From a bacterium (GTDB lineage Bacteria; UBA8248; JACPRG01; G963555815), in assembly GCA_965261595.1 (NCBI GenBank), contig CBDHDG010000001.1, forward strand, positions 1-64,000: a DNA stretch of 64,000 nt, in the 5' to 3' direction. The translations under genes were made by a program, and so were the position numbers. Positions within the stretch are counted from its first letter, which is position 1; each line of letters starts with the position of its first letter. Positions 38,815 to 48,988 of the stretch are shown here, piece after piece. Below the pieces are notes generated by a model. It was not told where the DNA came from. It did not search any database and saw nothing but the letters and a program-made list of their open reading frames with translations.

Positions 38815-38842
38815 AAAATATAGACGCTTAATTCTTTGTCAA
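38815..38842 (-). promoter_or_regulatory. Sigma70-type promoter for the RNA plus NYN gene
   Basis: TTGACA (38842-38837), 16 nt spacer, TATTTT (38820-38815). Confidence 0.6.
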
Positions 38843-38921
38843 GCTCGAATTTTCCTTTTTCATCGGCCGTGCGGCACCGGCAATTGTTGAGAACAGGTGC
38901 CGTCAAGCGTCCACCCGGAGC

Positions 38922-39097
38922 CGTCATTCCCGCGCAGGCGGGAATCCAGCGTTCTGGGTTGCGAGTCCATCCTCCTGCCCACTTATCATTGAGTTGGGAA
39001 GAATACGACAGAGAGAGAGGTCTTCGGCGCAGCCGGGGGTCGGATTGATTGGGACCGCTCTGAAGCACTTCTGGATTCCCGCCTCCGTGGGAATGAC
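38922..39097. repeat. Inverted pair of CGTC-type REP palindromes (GTCATTCCCGCGCAGGCGGGAATCCAG family)
   Basis: Copy at 38922-38949 and reverse copy at 39071-39097. Confidence 0.8.
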
Positions 39098-39612
39098 AAT
39101 CGGGGGGAGGATGCGGAATGGCGGCGAGCTCTCAAGGTTCAGGGGATCGCTCGTCAGGGCGGAAATCACGGATGATCCTCGGGGGCTTCGTTTCTTCAAG
39201 TTCCGAAAACCGGGCATAACCGGGGAATCCAGGCCATCGGCGATGACGCCCGCTTCTGTAGGTCAATCGCCCCGTTTCCCGGATCTCAAAAATAAAAACA
39301 TATTGATTTCATTGCGATTCCGCCTTTGGGTTTGGATCGTACTTTTATATTCTTCAGCCGCTCCATCCCCGCGGAGAAAACTTCGCCGCACCGTTCTCTG
39401 TCCCAATCCGATGAATTTTCGGTTCCAAGCAAGTGCAGTCCATAAAACGAAATTAATACGAAACAAAAGGCCCGACAACTATTTTTTCGATCTGCGTGGA
39501 GGGACGGAAGTTTCGTTTATCGTTTTCCGATGAGATCGGCAGATTGGAGGGCGAAACGCGTTCGGACCCACACGACCGCAGGAGCAGGTTGCTCGAATGG
39601 AAGGTCAGGCGA

Positions 39613-39636
39613 GGCGGGCAGGATGCCCGCCCTACC
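39613..39636 (-). repeat. REP-like palindrome GGTAGGGCGGGCATCCTGCCCGCC; second copy at 43411-43434 (+)
   Basis: 22/24 identity between copies; both intergenic. Confidence 0.65.
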
Positions 39637-39851
39637 GGGGGACGGGGGAGTCATAAGGCGGCGCCGGCGAACCAGCCGCCAGTGGCGCACTTTCTTGAAA
39701 CGTCTGCCGACTCCATGAATCGATCCCCGCACGAGCCCTCCCCTCTTCCCACGCCCCCCCCACCGGCTTGTGTTTTCTCTTTCCACTCACTAATGTGAGG
39801 ATGTATCCGGAGGTTTTTTCTCTTTCCAAGCCGCGAACGGGAGCCCGTCGT

Positions 39852-41576
39852 ATTCAAAAGCTCACCGGACAGCTCACAGGCCTGAGACCCCGGCAGATCC
39901 GCGGGCTCGAAGGCCTGTGCCGACGCAAGATCCCCTCCGACCAACTGATCACCTGGGAGACCGCCCGCCTCCTGGCAGAAATCTCCGCCGAGACGGGCCG
40001 GCAGATCGGGCTCCTGATTGAAAGAACCGGACAGATACGCTACGTCATCGTCGGCGACGCCCAGAGCATTTTCATCCCGGACCTCCGCCGGGAGCGCGCG
40101 CGGGGACAAAGGCTGCGCGGGCTGAGGTGCGTCCACACGCACCTGGCGGGCGAGGGGTTGAGCCGTGACGACCTGACCGATTTGGCCCTGCTGCGCCTGG
40201 ACTTGATGGCCGCCGTCACCCTGGACAAAGAGAATGATCCCGTCCTTCCCGGCGAGGTCCATCTCGCCCACCTGCTTCCCGAAAACCCGGAAGACAAGCG
40301 CTGGGAGGTCCTGGATCCCGTCCCGCTGAACGGCCTGAGCCTGGATTGCGGCGCGCTCATCGATGGCCTGGAGGAGGAGTTGACCCGCGTCCAGGGGGCG
40401 CGGGCGAAGATCGACGGGCGGGAGCGGGTCATCCTCGTACACGTCGAGACCGCGAGACAGGCCTCGAAGAACGGCGCCGGCCCGTCTTCCGCTCAACGGG
40501 ACGCCGGCGTTTCCCTGGCGGAGCTGAAAGAGCTGGCCCGAAGCAGCGGCCTCGTCGTTCTCGACACGGTCCGCCAGCGCAGGCCCCGGGCGGACCACCG
40601 GACCGTCCTGGGACGGGGCAAGCTCCAGGACCTGGTCATCCGGAGCCTGCAAGCCGGGGCGGACGTCATCGTCTTCGACCGGGATCTGACGCCGGGCCAG
40701 CTTCGTTCCCTCAGCAACTTCACCGACCTCAAGGTCATCGACCGCAGCCAGCTCATCCTGGACATCTTCGCCCAGCGGGCCAAGAGCCGGGACGGGAAGC
40801 TTCAGGTGGAGCTGGCCCAGCTCCGGTACATGCTGCCGCGCCTGGCGACGCGGGACGGGGCGATGTCCCGGCTGGCGGGCGGCATCGGAACGCGCGGCCC
40901 GGGAGAGATGAAGCTGGAGATCGACCGCCGCCGCGTCCGGGAGCGCATCTCCCGGCTGGAGAAGGAGCTGCGCCATCTCGAGCGGGGGCGCGGCCAGCGG
41001 CGGGCGCTCCGGAAACGGAACGCCCTGCCCATCCTGTCCATCGTCGGCTACACCAACGTGGGCAAATCCACGCTCCTCAACGCCCTGACGAACAGCGGCG
41101 TGAACGCTCAAAACCTGCTCTTCGCGACCCTCGACCCGACCAGCCGGCGGCTGCGGTTCCCGCAGGAGATGGAAGTCATCCTGACGGACACGGTGGGGTT
41201 CATCCACGACCTGCCCAAGGATCTGGTGGCGGCCTTTCGGGCGACCCTCGCGCAGCTCGAGGACGCGGACCTGCTGATTCACGTTGTGGACGTTTCGAAT
41301 CCCGGGTTTGAAGAACAGATGGACGCCGTCCACCGCATCCTGTCCGATCTCAAGCTCGACGGAATTCCGCGGCTTCTGGTCTTCAACAAAGCCGACCTTG
41401 CGGACGCGGTCGCGGTCGAGGCCCTTTGCCGGCGCTTCGACGCCGTTGCCGTCTCCGCCCTCCGGCCGGACACCCTGCCGCCCCTCATCGACCGGGCGCA
41501 ACGAATGCTTTGGAAGACGTTTAAAAAGGCCGAAGCCGGGCCGAAACCCGGCTTCGCCGCCCACGCCTCAAGCTGA
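39852..41576 (+). CDS. hflX: GTPase HflX, long N-terminal form (probable ATT start; alternative ATG 39801)
   Basis: LILDIFAQRA, QVELAQL.Y, GYTNVGKST, LFATLDPT, DTVGF, NKAD. Confidence 0.93.
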   Translation: MQKLTGQLTGLRPRQIRGLEGLCRRKIPSDQLITWETARLLAEISAETGRQIGLLIERTGQIRYVIVGDAQSIFIPDLRRERARGQRLRGLRCVHTHLAGEGLSRDDLTDLALLRLDLMAAVTLDKENDPVLPGEVHLAHLLPENPEDKRWEVLDPVPLNGLSLDCGALIDGLEEELTRVQGARAKIDGRERVILVHVETARQASKNGAGPSSAQRDAGVSLAELKELARSSGLVVLDTVRQRRPRADHRTVLGRGKLQDLVIRSLQAGADVIVFDRDLTPGQLRSLSNFTDLKVIDRSQLILDIFAQRAKSRDGKLQVELAQLRYMLPRLATRDGAMSRLAGGIGTRGPGEMKLEIDRRRVRERISRLEKELRHLERGRGQRRALRKRNALPILSIVGYTNVGKSTLLNALTNSGVNAQNLLFATLDPTSRRLRFPQEMEVILTDTVGFIHDLPKDLVAAFRATLAQLEDADLLIHVVDVSNPGFEEQMDAVHRILSDLKLDGIPRLLVFNKADLADAVAVEALCRRFDAVAVSALRPDTLPPLIDRAQRMLWKTFKKAEAGPKPGFAAHASS

Positions 41577-41646
41577 GCGCCCGGTCCTACCAGGGGGACG
41601 CCTCCGGGGCGTCTCCGCTTCGTCTTCCGCCCCCCCCCTCCTCCGC

Positions 41647-42321
41647 CTATCGAGCGGATTCGGCGCCAACCGCCGTGACGCCTTCCAGGTGCGCAATCAC
41701 CTCGTCCATGGGGAGGACATCGGCGTACTTCGTGTTCAGGTCCACGAGGGTGACGTCATGGGAGAGCTGGGAGCGGTCCGCGACGCCCTCGATGGGGACG
41801 ATGACCCGGTAGTTGAGCGAGAAGGCGTCCACGACTGTCGCGCGCACGCACCCGCTGGTCACCATCCCGGTGACGATGAGGGTGTCCGCGTTCTGGTAAA
41901 TCAGGTAGCCGTTCAGCTCCGTGCCGAAGAACCCGCTGGGCTTGGTCTTCCGAACCACGACTTCATCAGGCAGCGGCGCGACTTCCTCGACGATTTCATG
42001 GGCCTTGGGCGACTTGAGCAGGGGGTTGTCGTAGCGGGATTTCCATCGCCCCCTGATGATCTGCTTATCCGCCACAATCCCGCCCGTGTAGAGCACGGGG
42101 ATCTCCGCGTTGCGGGCCGCCTCGAGCAGGCGGCCGATCGCGACGGCGCACGGGCGGCCCGTCTTCTCGCAGGCCAGCGGGTACTCGTCCTCGACAAAGG
42201 CCCGGGTCATGTCCACCACCACCAACGCCGGGCGGTCCCCCCAGCCGATGGGCAGGCCGGTGTGCCCCTTATCGAGAAACTGCAAATCCTCTTCCGAAAA
42301 CAAGCTTGTATCGAGCGCCAT
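41647..42321 (-). CDS. Isochorismatase-family hydrolase (N-carbamoylsarcosine amidase / maleamate amidohydrolase-like)
   Basis: G.G.RPALVVVD, K..PSGFFGT, TSGCVRATVVDA. Confidence 0.88.
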   Translation of the reverse strand: MALDTSLFSEEDLQFLDKGHTGLPIGWGDRPALVVVDMTRAFVEDEYPLACEKTGRPCAVAIGRLLEAARNAEIPVLYTGGIVADKQIIRGRWKSRYDNPLLKSPKAHEIVEEVAPLPDEVVVRKTKPSGFFGTELNGYLIYQNADTLIVTGMVTSGCVRATVVDAFSLNYRVIVPIEGVADRSQLSHDVTLVDLNTKYADVLPMDEVIAHLEGVTAVGAESAR

Positions 42322-42566
42322 GGGAATTTCTCCTCTTTCTCCGATCCAAAGGCCTGAACGGTTTCCGGGTCAGCGATTCCACACGCTGGAGATACCACAG
42401 AGTATACAGAAAAAAGAAACACCTTAAAATAGCAAAAAGAGGGGAATGGGCCATTCGAGACCGGCCGGCCGGGCATCCCGCCCAGCCGCGAGCAAACCTC
42501 CGGGTCTCGGCGTGTAAATCTTTTTACGAAGCGCCGCGGTAGGCGAACTTTTCCAGGAGAATCCGG

Positions 42567-43214
42567 TTGGGCGACTCCCTTTGGACGTTTCTGATCAGCG
42601 TTGCGGCCATCTCCCTGACGGGCGTCATGATGCCCGGCCCCGTATCGGCTTCCGCCGTCGCCTTGAGCCGGGACCGGCGCTGGGCGGGCCTCGGCGTGGG
42701 GGCCGGACATTGCCTGGTGGAGGCCCCGGTCCTCGCTCTCCTGTTCTGGGGCGCCAGTTCGATCCTGAAAGACCCCCTGTTCCAACGCGTCCTCGGCGTG
42801 TCGGGCGGACTCGTCCTCGGATGGATGGGGGTGTCGATGATTCGGGGGAGACGCGGCTGGGCGGGCGGCCGGGATGGGGGAGGGGGAGGGGGGGAAGGAC
42901 CGGGCCAACGCCTTGTCCGGGGGCCGATGAAGGCCGGCATCCTGACCAGCCTGGGAAATCCCTATATCTTTCTTTGGTGGGCGACGGTCGGCGCGGGTAT
43001 GGCCGCCCAGGGTGAAAGGTTCGGACTCGCCGGGTTCATCGGACTCGCCGCGGTCCATTGGGCATGCGACCTGGGCTGGGGCGGCGTGCTGGGCCTGTCC
43101 TCCCACGGCATTCTCGGGAGGCTCTCGGCGCGCGGGCGGGCGGCCGTATTCGCGGTCTGCGGCTTGACGCTCCTGATCTTCGGGATTCGGTTCTTCCTGA
43201 TGGGCGTATTCTGA
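42567..43214 (+). CDS. LysE-family translocator
   Basis: GVMMPGP, GH.LVE, NPY.FLWW. Confidence 0.85.
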   Translation: MGDSLWTFLISVAAISLTGVMMPGPVSASAVALSRDRRWAGLGVGAGHCLVEAPVLALLFWGASSILKDPLFQRVLGVSGGLVLGWMGVSMIRGRRGWAGGRDGGGGGGEGPGQRLVRGPMKAGILTSLGNPYIFLWWATVGAGMAAQGERFGLAGFIGLAAVHWACDLGWGGVLGLSSHGILGRLSARGRAAVFAVCGLTLLIFGIRFFLMGVF

Positions 43215-43508
43215 AGGTCTTCGCAAGCGGGGGCGCATCATGGAGAGAGCATTTCAAGGGTGGACGGCTCTCCCAAAGGCTTCCTCGTGTAGTGTCTCGA
43301 AAATGGATTTACATATTGTGACCCGAATTGTTCCTTTCCGGCCGGGCTAGGGGTCATCCGACCCAAACACCCGGCCTACCGAACGGTGGAAACACGGTGT
43401 TTTCAATCCAGGCAGGGCGGGCATCTTGCCCGCCTTCTCCGCGATTTATGAAGAGTCAATTTATCTTGCAGACACTACACCGGGCGCCAAGTCCTTGACT
43501 CCGCTCCC

Positions 43509-44513
43509 TCAGGCCGCGGACTCCTCCCCCTCCCGGCCGGCCGCGAGTCGTCCTAGACTCAGATTCTCCTTCCACAAGTACACCAACCCGACCAAGACCA
43601 CCGGCACAAACCCGACGAGGTGGACAACCACGGAGTAGCTGAAGGCCGTCCCCTCGGGCACGCCGTAAAACCACAGCCCGTAGACCGAGGCCGCGTGGAA
43701 CGTTCCCACAAAGCCGGGTGAGGAGGGGAGCATGGCGCCGATCGCCTGCACCACCAAGAGAACGAGCGAGGCGTGCCAGGGCAGGTCCAATCCAAAGGCG
43801 AGGAGCGTAAAGTAGTTCATCCCCAAACCGACACCCCACAGCAAGCCGGTCAGGAAAACCATCATGAGGATCCGACGCCAGGCGGCGGGCAGGTATATCC
43901 CCCGGATGAAGCCCGCCAGGGTGTCCCGGGCCTTCCCCGCGAAACGCCGCGAGATGAGTCCGAGGCAGACATCCAGGACGCGAAGCGTCCGTTCCGGAAA
44001 ATTCCGAAGGAGCGCGAGGAACACGATGATCCCCGCGTAGAGCGCCAGAGAGAGAAAACCCGCCCGGCTCAGCCAGTAAACGGCGTCCCCATCCGGAAAG
44101 GGGACGACCCGGATGGCCGCCACGAGGTAGAGCAGGATCCACAGGCCGTCCAGAAGCCGCTCCACCACGATGGAGGCGAAAACGGCGCTCTTGCTCGTTC
44201 CCTCCCGATGACCGAGACACCAGGCCCGAATGAACTCCCCCAACCGGGCCGGCAGAAGACCGTTGGCCATGAAGCCGATGAAGGTCGCCGACAGGCGCCC
44301 GGCGAAGGAAGAACGCAATTCCTCCCGCAACAGGTAACCCCACCGCCAACCCCGAATCACCATGACCAGCAAGGCGACGCCCACCCCGGGCAGAAGCCAG
44401 CCGTATTGCGCCGTCCGAAAGGCGTCCGCCATTTCCCCGAAATCGGTCCGGTAGAGCAACGCGCCGACGGCGACCACGCTGATCCCGATCCCGATCCAGA
44501 ATTTAAGACGCAT
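43509..44513 (-). CDS. Lysylphosphatidylglycerol synthase TM / flippase-like (UPF0104) membrane protein
   Basis: RW..LL, N.LLPARLGE..R, ERLLD, PSSPG.VG. Confidence 0.85.
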   Translation of the reverse strand: MRLKFWIGIGISVVAVGALLYRTDFGEMADAFRTAQYGWLLPGVGVALLVMVIRGWRWGYLLREELRSSFAGRLSATFIGFMANGLLPARLGEFIRAWCLGHREGTSKSAVFASIVVERLLDGLWILLYLVAAIRVVPFPDGDAVYWLSRAGFLSLALYAGIIVFLALLRNFPERTLRVLDVCLGLISRRFAGKARDTLAGFIRGIYLPAAWRRILMMVFLTGLLWGVGLGMNYFTLLAFGLDLPWHASLVLLVVQAIGAMLPSSPGFVGTFHAASVYGLWFYGVPEGTAFSYSVVVHLVGFVPVVLVGLVYLWKENLSLGRLAAGREGEESAA

Positions 44514-45444
44514 CCCGCTCATCCCGGAAAAAGGCCCTCGCGACGCTCACGTCCCCGCGGATCCGCTCCACCAGGTCATCGACCGAGGGAAAGGTCATCT
44601 CCTCCCGCACCCTTCGGCAAAACCGGACCTCCACATCCCGCCCGTAGAGGTCCCCGCTGAAATCCAAGACGTGCGTCTCGATCCCGAGCGTCTCGCCGCC
44701 GAAGGTGGGATTGACCCCGACGTTGACCACGGCGGGATGGAGGACCCCCTCGATGAGGATCCGGGCCACATAGACCCCCTTGGCCGGAACGATCAGGTCC
44801 CCGGGCCGGAGGTTGGCGGTCGGGAACCCGATCTTCGCCCCCCGCTCCGCGCCGCGGATCACCTCGCCCTTTACACTGTACTCCCGGCCCAACAGCCTGG
44901 CGGCCGTCTCCACTTCGCCTTCCCGGACGAGGGCGCGGATCCGCGTGCTGCTCACCACCTGGCCGCCGTCGATTTTCAGCGGACCGATGATGTGGGTTTC
45001 GCACCCCGACCGCCCGCCTTCCCTTTGCAGGAATGCCGCGTCCCCGGTCTTGCCTCTGCCGAAGGTAAAGTTGAACCCCACGACGATCTCGCGGGCCCGA
45101 AGCGTCCGGATGAGGATCTCCCGGACAAAATCCTTCGCCTCGATTCGGGCGAACTCCCGGTCGAAGGGAACAATGAGGGCGATGTCGATCCCCGTCTCCT
45201 CGATGAGCGCCTGTTGGGTCGCCCGGCCGGTCAGGTATTGAAGGCGCCGCTCGGGCTGGAAAAACTGCGCCGGGTGCGGCCAGAACGTCATCACAATGGA
45301 CGTTCCGGAATTCCGCCTTGCGATCTCGGCCGCCTGGGTGAGAATCCGCCGGTGTCCGACATGGACGCCGTCAAAGTTTCCGATCGTCACAACCGGATAG
45401 CGCCAGTCCGCGCGAAGATCGTCGAATCCGTGGGCAATTTTCAT
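44503..45444 (-). CDS. ribF: Riboflavin kinase / FAD synthetase
   Basis: GNFDGVHVGH, SSTRIR, GFPTAN, G.NPTF. Confidence 0.95.
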   Translation of the reverse strand: MKIAHGFDDLRADWRYPVVTIGNFDGVHVGHRRILTQAAEIARRNSGTSIVMTFWPHPAQFFQPERRLQYLTGRATQQALIEETGIDIALIVPFDREFARIEAKDFVREILIRTLRAREIVVGFNFTFGRGKTGDAAFLQREGGRSGCETHIIGPLKIDGGQVVSSTRIRALVREGEVETAARLLGREYSVKGEVIRGAERGAKIGFPTANLRPGDLIVPAKGVYVARILIEGVLHPAVVNVGVNPTFGGETLGIETHVLDFSGDLYGRDVEVRFCRRVREEMTFPSVDDLVERIRGDVSVARAFFRDERDAS

Positions 45445-45710
45445 TGGTCGGAAAGAAATGGCCGCATGAAATGCTTGATCAGGACAGGGCCGCCTCATTG
45501 ACACCTGAAATCACTGCTTTAAAATACCTTCTTGATATACCATCCGCACGTTCAGCCTTCAACCATTCGGGATGGTTGGCGGAGGGATTCATCCGGATCA
45601 TCACTCGGGCCTCCGTGTCGGCCGGGGCGCAGAACCCTGAATTGCACCCATTCAGCTTTGTTGTCGCCCCCCGTCCTCATACGGCCCGAAACCGGGAAAG
45701 GCCAGGGAAG

Positions 45711-47273
45711 ATGATAACGGAATCCCGCGCCATTGCGTTGCCGACGGCCCGGGTGTTTTTCTGCCTGGGCGCCTCGATGACCGCGGCTTCCATGCTCACC
45801 ACAAGCGCGGCCGGCCAGACGCGTCCGGTGATGGGCGGCGTAGCGAAAACCTTGAAACTGTCGCTGGCGAAAGGAGTCCGGCTCGGACTGGCCCGCAACT
45901 TCAGCATCCGGCTCGAACAAATGAATCCCCGCATCCTCGCACAGGACGTCAAGCGGGAAGAAGCCGCGTTTGACGTGATCGGCTTCGGTGATGGAACGAT
46001 CAGCGAATCCTTTACACCATCGAATTCGTCGTTGGCCAGCGTGGAGAGAAACGAAAGCGACTCGCGATCCGTCAACGCGGGCGTCCGGCGCCGCTACCGG
46101 ACGGGAACCGATTACGAGATCACGACCAGCCTGGAACGGAGACGGAACAACGCCGGGTTTATTCAATTCGAGCCGGCCATCGAGCCGACTTTCTCGCTCT
46201 CGGTGACCCAGAATCTCCTCAAGAACTTCGGCCGCCGAGTCAACACCACCGCCATCCGCGTGGCCCGGAACAACCGGCGCATCTCCTCAAGCGTCTTTCG
46301 AGACCGCGTGATCAATGTGGTGTCCGACATCGAAAACTTTTACTCGGAGCTCTTCTTCGCCATCCAGGACCTGGAGGTGAAGAAGAAGTCACTGGCGCTT
46401 GCCCGGAATTTGCTCCGCCGGAACAAGATCCAGGTTGAGGTCGGCTCCCTCGCGCCCATCGAGATCATCCAGGCGGAGGCGAGCGTGGCGACCCGGGAGG
46501 CCGACGTCATCACAGCGGAACGGCAGGTCCGGGACAACGACGACCGCCTCAAGCGGGCGCTGAATCTGCCCAAAAACTTCCGCGCCTGGGACGTCCAAAT
46601 CCTGCCCACGGACACGCCCAATGTCATCCGCCGGGCCCCCGACATCCGAAAGAGTTATGGGATGGCCCTGAAGGACAGACCCGACTACGCCCAGGCCAAG
46701 CTCGACATCGAGAACAAGAACATTCAAGTGAAGTTCGCGAAAAACCAGCTCCTGCCCACACTCGACCTGACCGGGAGCATCGCGCTCAACGGCCTGTCCG
46801 ACGAATTCGGCGAAGCGGTGGACGATTTTGGAAGGGGCGAATTCTACCAGTGGGTGGTCGGGTTCAAGGTTGAATTCCCACTCCGCAACCGGGCGGCCAA
46901 GAGCACGCTGACGCGGCGTAAGCTGGAAACCGCTCAGGCCCTCCTGTCCCTCAAAAACCTGGAACAACAGATCCTCCTCGAGGTGCGCGAAGCCGTACGC
47001 GGCATCCTCACCGCCCAAAAGCGTGTCACGGCCACTCGGGCCGCGCGGGTGCTGACCGAAAGGCAGCTCGGCGCCGAGGAGAAAAGGCTCGCCGTCGGTC
47101 TGTCGACCATTTTTAAGGTCCTCGAATTCCAGGAGGATCTGGCCACCGCGCGGAGCACCGAGACCCGGGCGATCACCGACCAGATCAAGTCCCTGGTCAC
47201 TTTCCGGCGGGTCACGGGCCAGACCTTGACCCATCACCGGGTCCGGCTGGAAAACGTCGGCCAGGGACGCTAA
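45711..47273 (+). CDS. TolC-family outer membrane efflux protein (start uncertain)
   Basis: Two OEP repeats; RPDY.QA, LLPTLDL, FPL.NR.A. Confidence 0.82.
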   Translation: MITESRAIALPTARVFFCLGASMTAASMLTTSAAGQTRPVMGGVAKTLKLSLAKGVRLGLARNFSIRLEQMNPRILAQDVKREEAAFDVIGFGDGTISESFTPSNSSLASVERNESDSRSVNAGVRRRYRTGTDYEITTSLERRRNNAGFIQFEPAIEPTFSLSVTQNLLKNFGRRVNTTAIRVARNNRRISSSVFRDRVINVVSDIENFYSELFFAIQDLEVKKKSLALARNLLRRNKIQVEVGSLAPIEIIQAEASVATREADVITAERQVRDNDDRLKRALNLPKNFRAWDVQILPTDTPNVIRRAPDIRKSYGMALKDRPDYAQAKLDIENKNIQVKFAKNQLLPTLDLTGSIALNGLSDEFGEAVDDFGRGEFYQWVVGFKVEFPLRNRAAKSTLTRRKLETAQALLSLKNLEQQILLEVREAVRGILTAQKRVTATRAARVLTERQLGAEEKRLAVGLSTIFKVLEFQEDLATARSTETRAITDQIKSLVTFRRVTGQTLTHHRVRLENVGQGR

Positions 47274-47292
47274 CGGCGAGGTCAACGAACCC

Positions 47293-47730
47293 TTGACCGC
47301 GACGGAAGAGGTCGGGCGTATCCTGGCGGTGGACCTGGGGACGAAGCGGATCGGGCTCGCGCTGAGTGACCCCTTGGGGTTGACCGCCCAGCCGATGCCG
47401 ACGCTGAAGGCGGAGGGCTGGGAGGCGGATGTCGCGACCATCGGCCGAATCGCCGCCGAGCGGGGCGCCCAGTCTCTCATCGTCGGCCTCCCGCTGTTAA
47501 TGAGTGGGCGTGCGGGACCCGAGGCCCGCCGCGCGGAAAGCTTTGCAAAAGCCCTTCGGGAAAAGACCCGACTCCCCGTCCGCACCTGGGACGAGCGCCT
47601 GAGCACCGCCGCCTCGGAAAGAAGCCTGATCGAAGCCGGCCGAAGCCGAAAGAAGCGCCGCGCGGCGGTCGACAGCGTGGCCTCTATTCTGATCCTTCAA
47701 AGCTATCTCGATACCATCAACCGCCCATGA
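47293..47730 (+). CDS. ruvX: YqgF/RuvX RNase H-like nuclease
   Basis: LAVDLGTKRIGLALSD, VGLP, WDERLST, D..A..LILQ. Confidence 0.93.
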   Translation: MTATEEVGRILAVDLGTKRIGLALSDPLGLTAQPMPTLKAEGWEADVATIGRIAAERGAQSLIVGLPLLMSGRAGPEARRAESFAKALREKTRLPVRTWDERLSTAASERSLIEAGRSRKKRRAAVDSVASILILQSYLDTINRP

Positions 47731-48764
47731 GCCGACGCCTCAAATTCACCCTCTGGGGGATCGTCAGCCTCGTGGGATTGGCCGGATTCGGCGCCCTGTG
47801 GCTCTCCCTGAGGTTTCACGTTCCCTTTCGCCCGAAATCCGAGACTTGGATCGTGGAATTCGCCCGGGGGACCAGTCTTCGCGGCATCTCCGCCACGCTG
47901 GAGGCGAAGGGCTTCATTCAATCGAGACATCTGTTCACGCTGCTGGCCTGGGTTCGAAACCGGAGCCGCGGCCTCCAGGCGGGGGAATATCGCCTCAGCG
48001 CCTCCATGTCCCCGGCGGAAATCCTGGATGTCCTGGCCCGCGGCGCGGTGGTCCAACACGCGCTGACCATTCCCGAGGGGTACAACATCCGGGAAATCGC
48101 GATGGCTGTGGAACGGGCGGGCGTCAGTCCGGCAAAGGCCATCATGGCCGTCTCGACGGACCCGGCGTTCTTGAGGCGGTTCGGCATCCGGGCGAAAAAC
48201 GCGGAGGGATATCTGTTTCCGGAAACCTATCACTTTCCCCGGAATTCCCCGGCGGGGAAGATCCTGGGCCGGATGGCCGGGACCTTTCGGGAGCGTTTCA
48301 CGGCCGCGATGGTCCGCCGGGCCGAGGCGCTTCATCTCGCCATCCACCAGGTCGTGACCCTGGCGTCGATCATCGAGCGGGAATCCGCGGTGAACGCTGA
48401 AAAACCTTTGATTTCGGCCGTTTTTCACAACCGGCTTCGCCGCCGGATGCGCCTTCAGGCGGACCCGACGGTCCTCTATGCCTTGAATCGAACCGCCGGC
48501 CCGCTGACGAAGGAGGATCTGAAAGTGGCCTCGCCTTACAACACATACCGGATCAAGGGACTCCCCCCCGGGCCGATCGCGAACCCGGGTCTGGCCTCCT
48601 TACGCGCGGCCCTCAATCCGGCGCCGGTGGATTATTTGTACTTCGTGGCGCGAGGCGACGGAAGCCATGACTTCTCACGGACCCTCAAGGACCACGTGGC
48701 GGCGGTCAGGAGATATCGAAAGAATACAGCCGGATCCCCCCGCGCCTCCGGGAAAACAAGGTAG
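47727..48764 (+). CDS. mltG: Endolytic transglycosylase
   Basis: TIPEG, EGYLFPETY, LASIIERE, LQADPT, YNTY..GLPPGPI. Confidence 0.95.
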   Translation: MSRRLKFTLWGIVSLVGLAGFGALWLSLRFHVPFRPKSETWIVEFARGTSLRGISATLEAKGFIQSRHLFTLLAWVRNRSRGLQAGEYRLSASMSPAEILDVLARGAVVQHALTIPEGYNIREIAMAVERAGVSPAKAIMAVSTDPAFLRRFGIRAKNAEGYLFPETYHFPRNSPAGKILGRMAGTFRERFTAAMVRRAEALHLAIHQVVTLASIIERESAVNAEKPLISAVFHNRLRRRMRLQADPTVLYALNRTAGPLTKEDLKVASPYNTYRIKGLPPGPIANPGLASLRAALNPAPVDYLYFVARGDGSHDFSRTLKDHVAAVRRYRKNTAGSPRASGKTR

Positions 48765-48988
48765 GATGGCAGTCCACGAAAATATAATTGGACCTTGTTC
48801 TTTTGTGTGTGTATTTAAGGTTCTACATTATAATTAACTGTCATGCGCCGCGTGAATCGAGCTTTGGGGTGAACCAACGCTTGAGTAGGAATTTCAATGT
48901 GTTGCATCGGAAACACAATCAGCGCGAATTTACGCGGGGTGACTTCTTCCATGCGGTTTTTCAGCCATTTTGACCGAAGATCCCTTCG

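Noticed and set aside
39100..39530. Small ORFs in the AT-rich stretch upstream of the NYN locus as a protein antitoxin
   Set aside because: No recognisable domain or RBS, and they are separated from the NYN promoter by REP repeats; cannot be supported.
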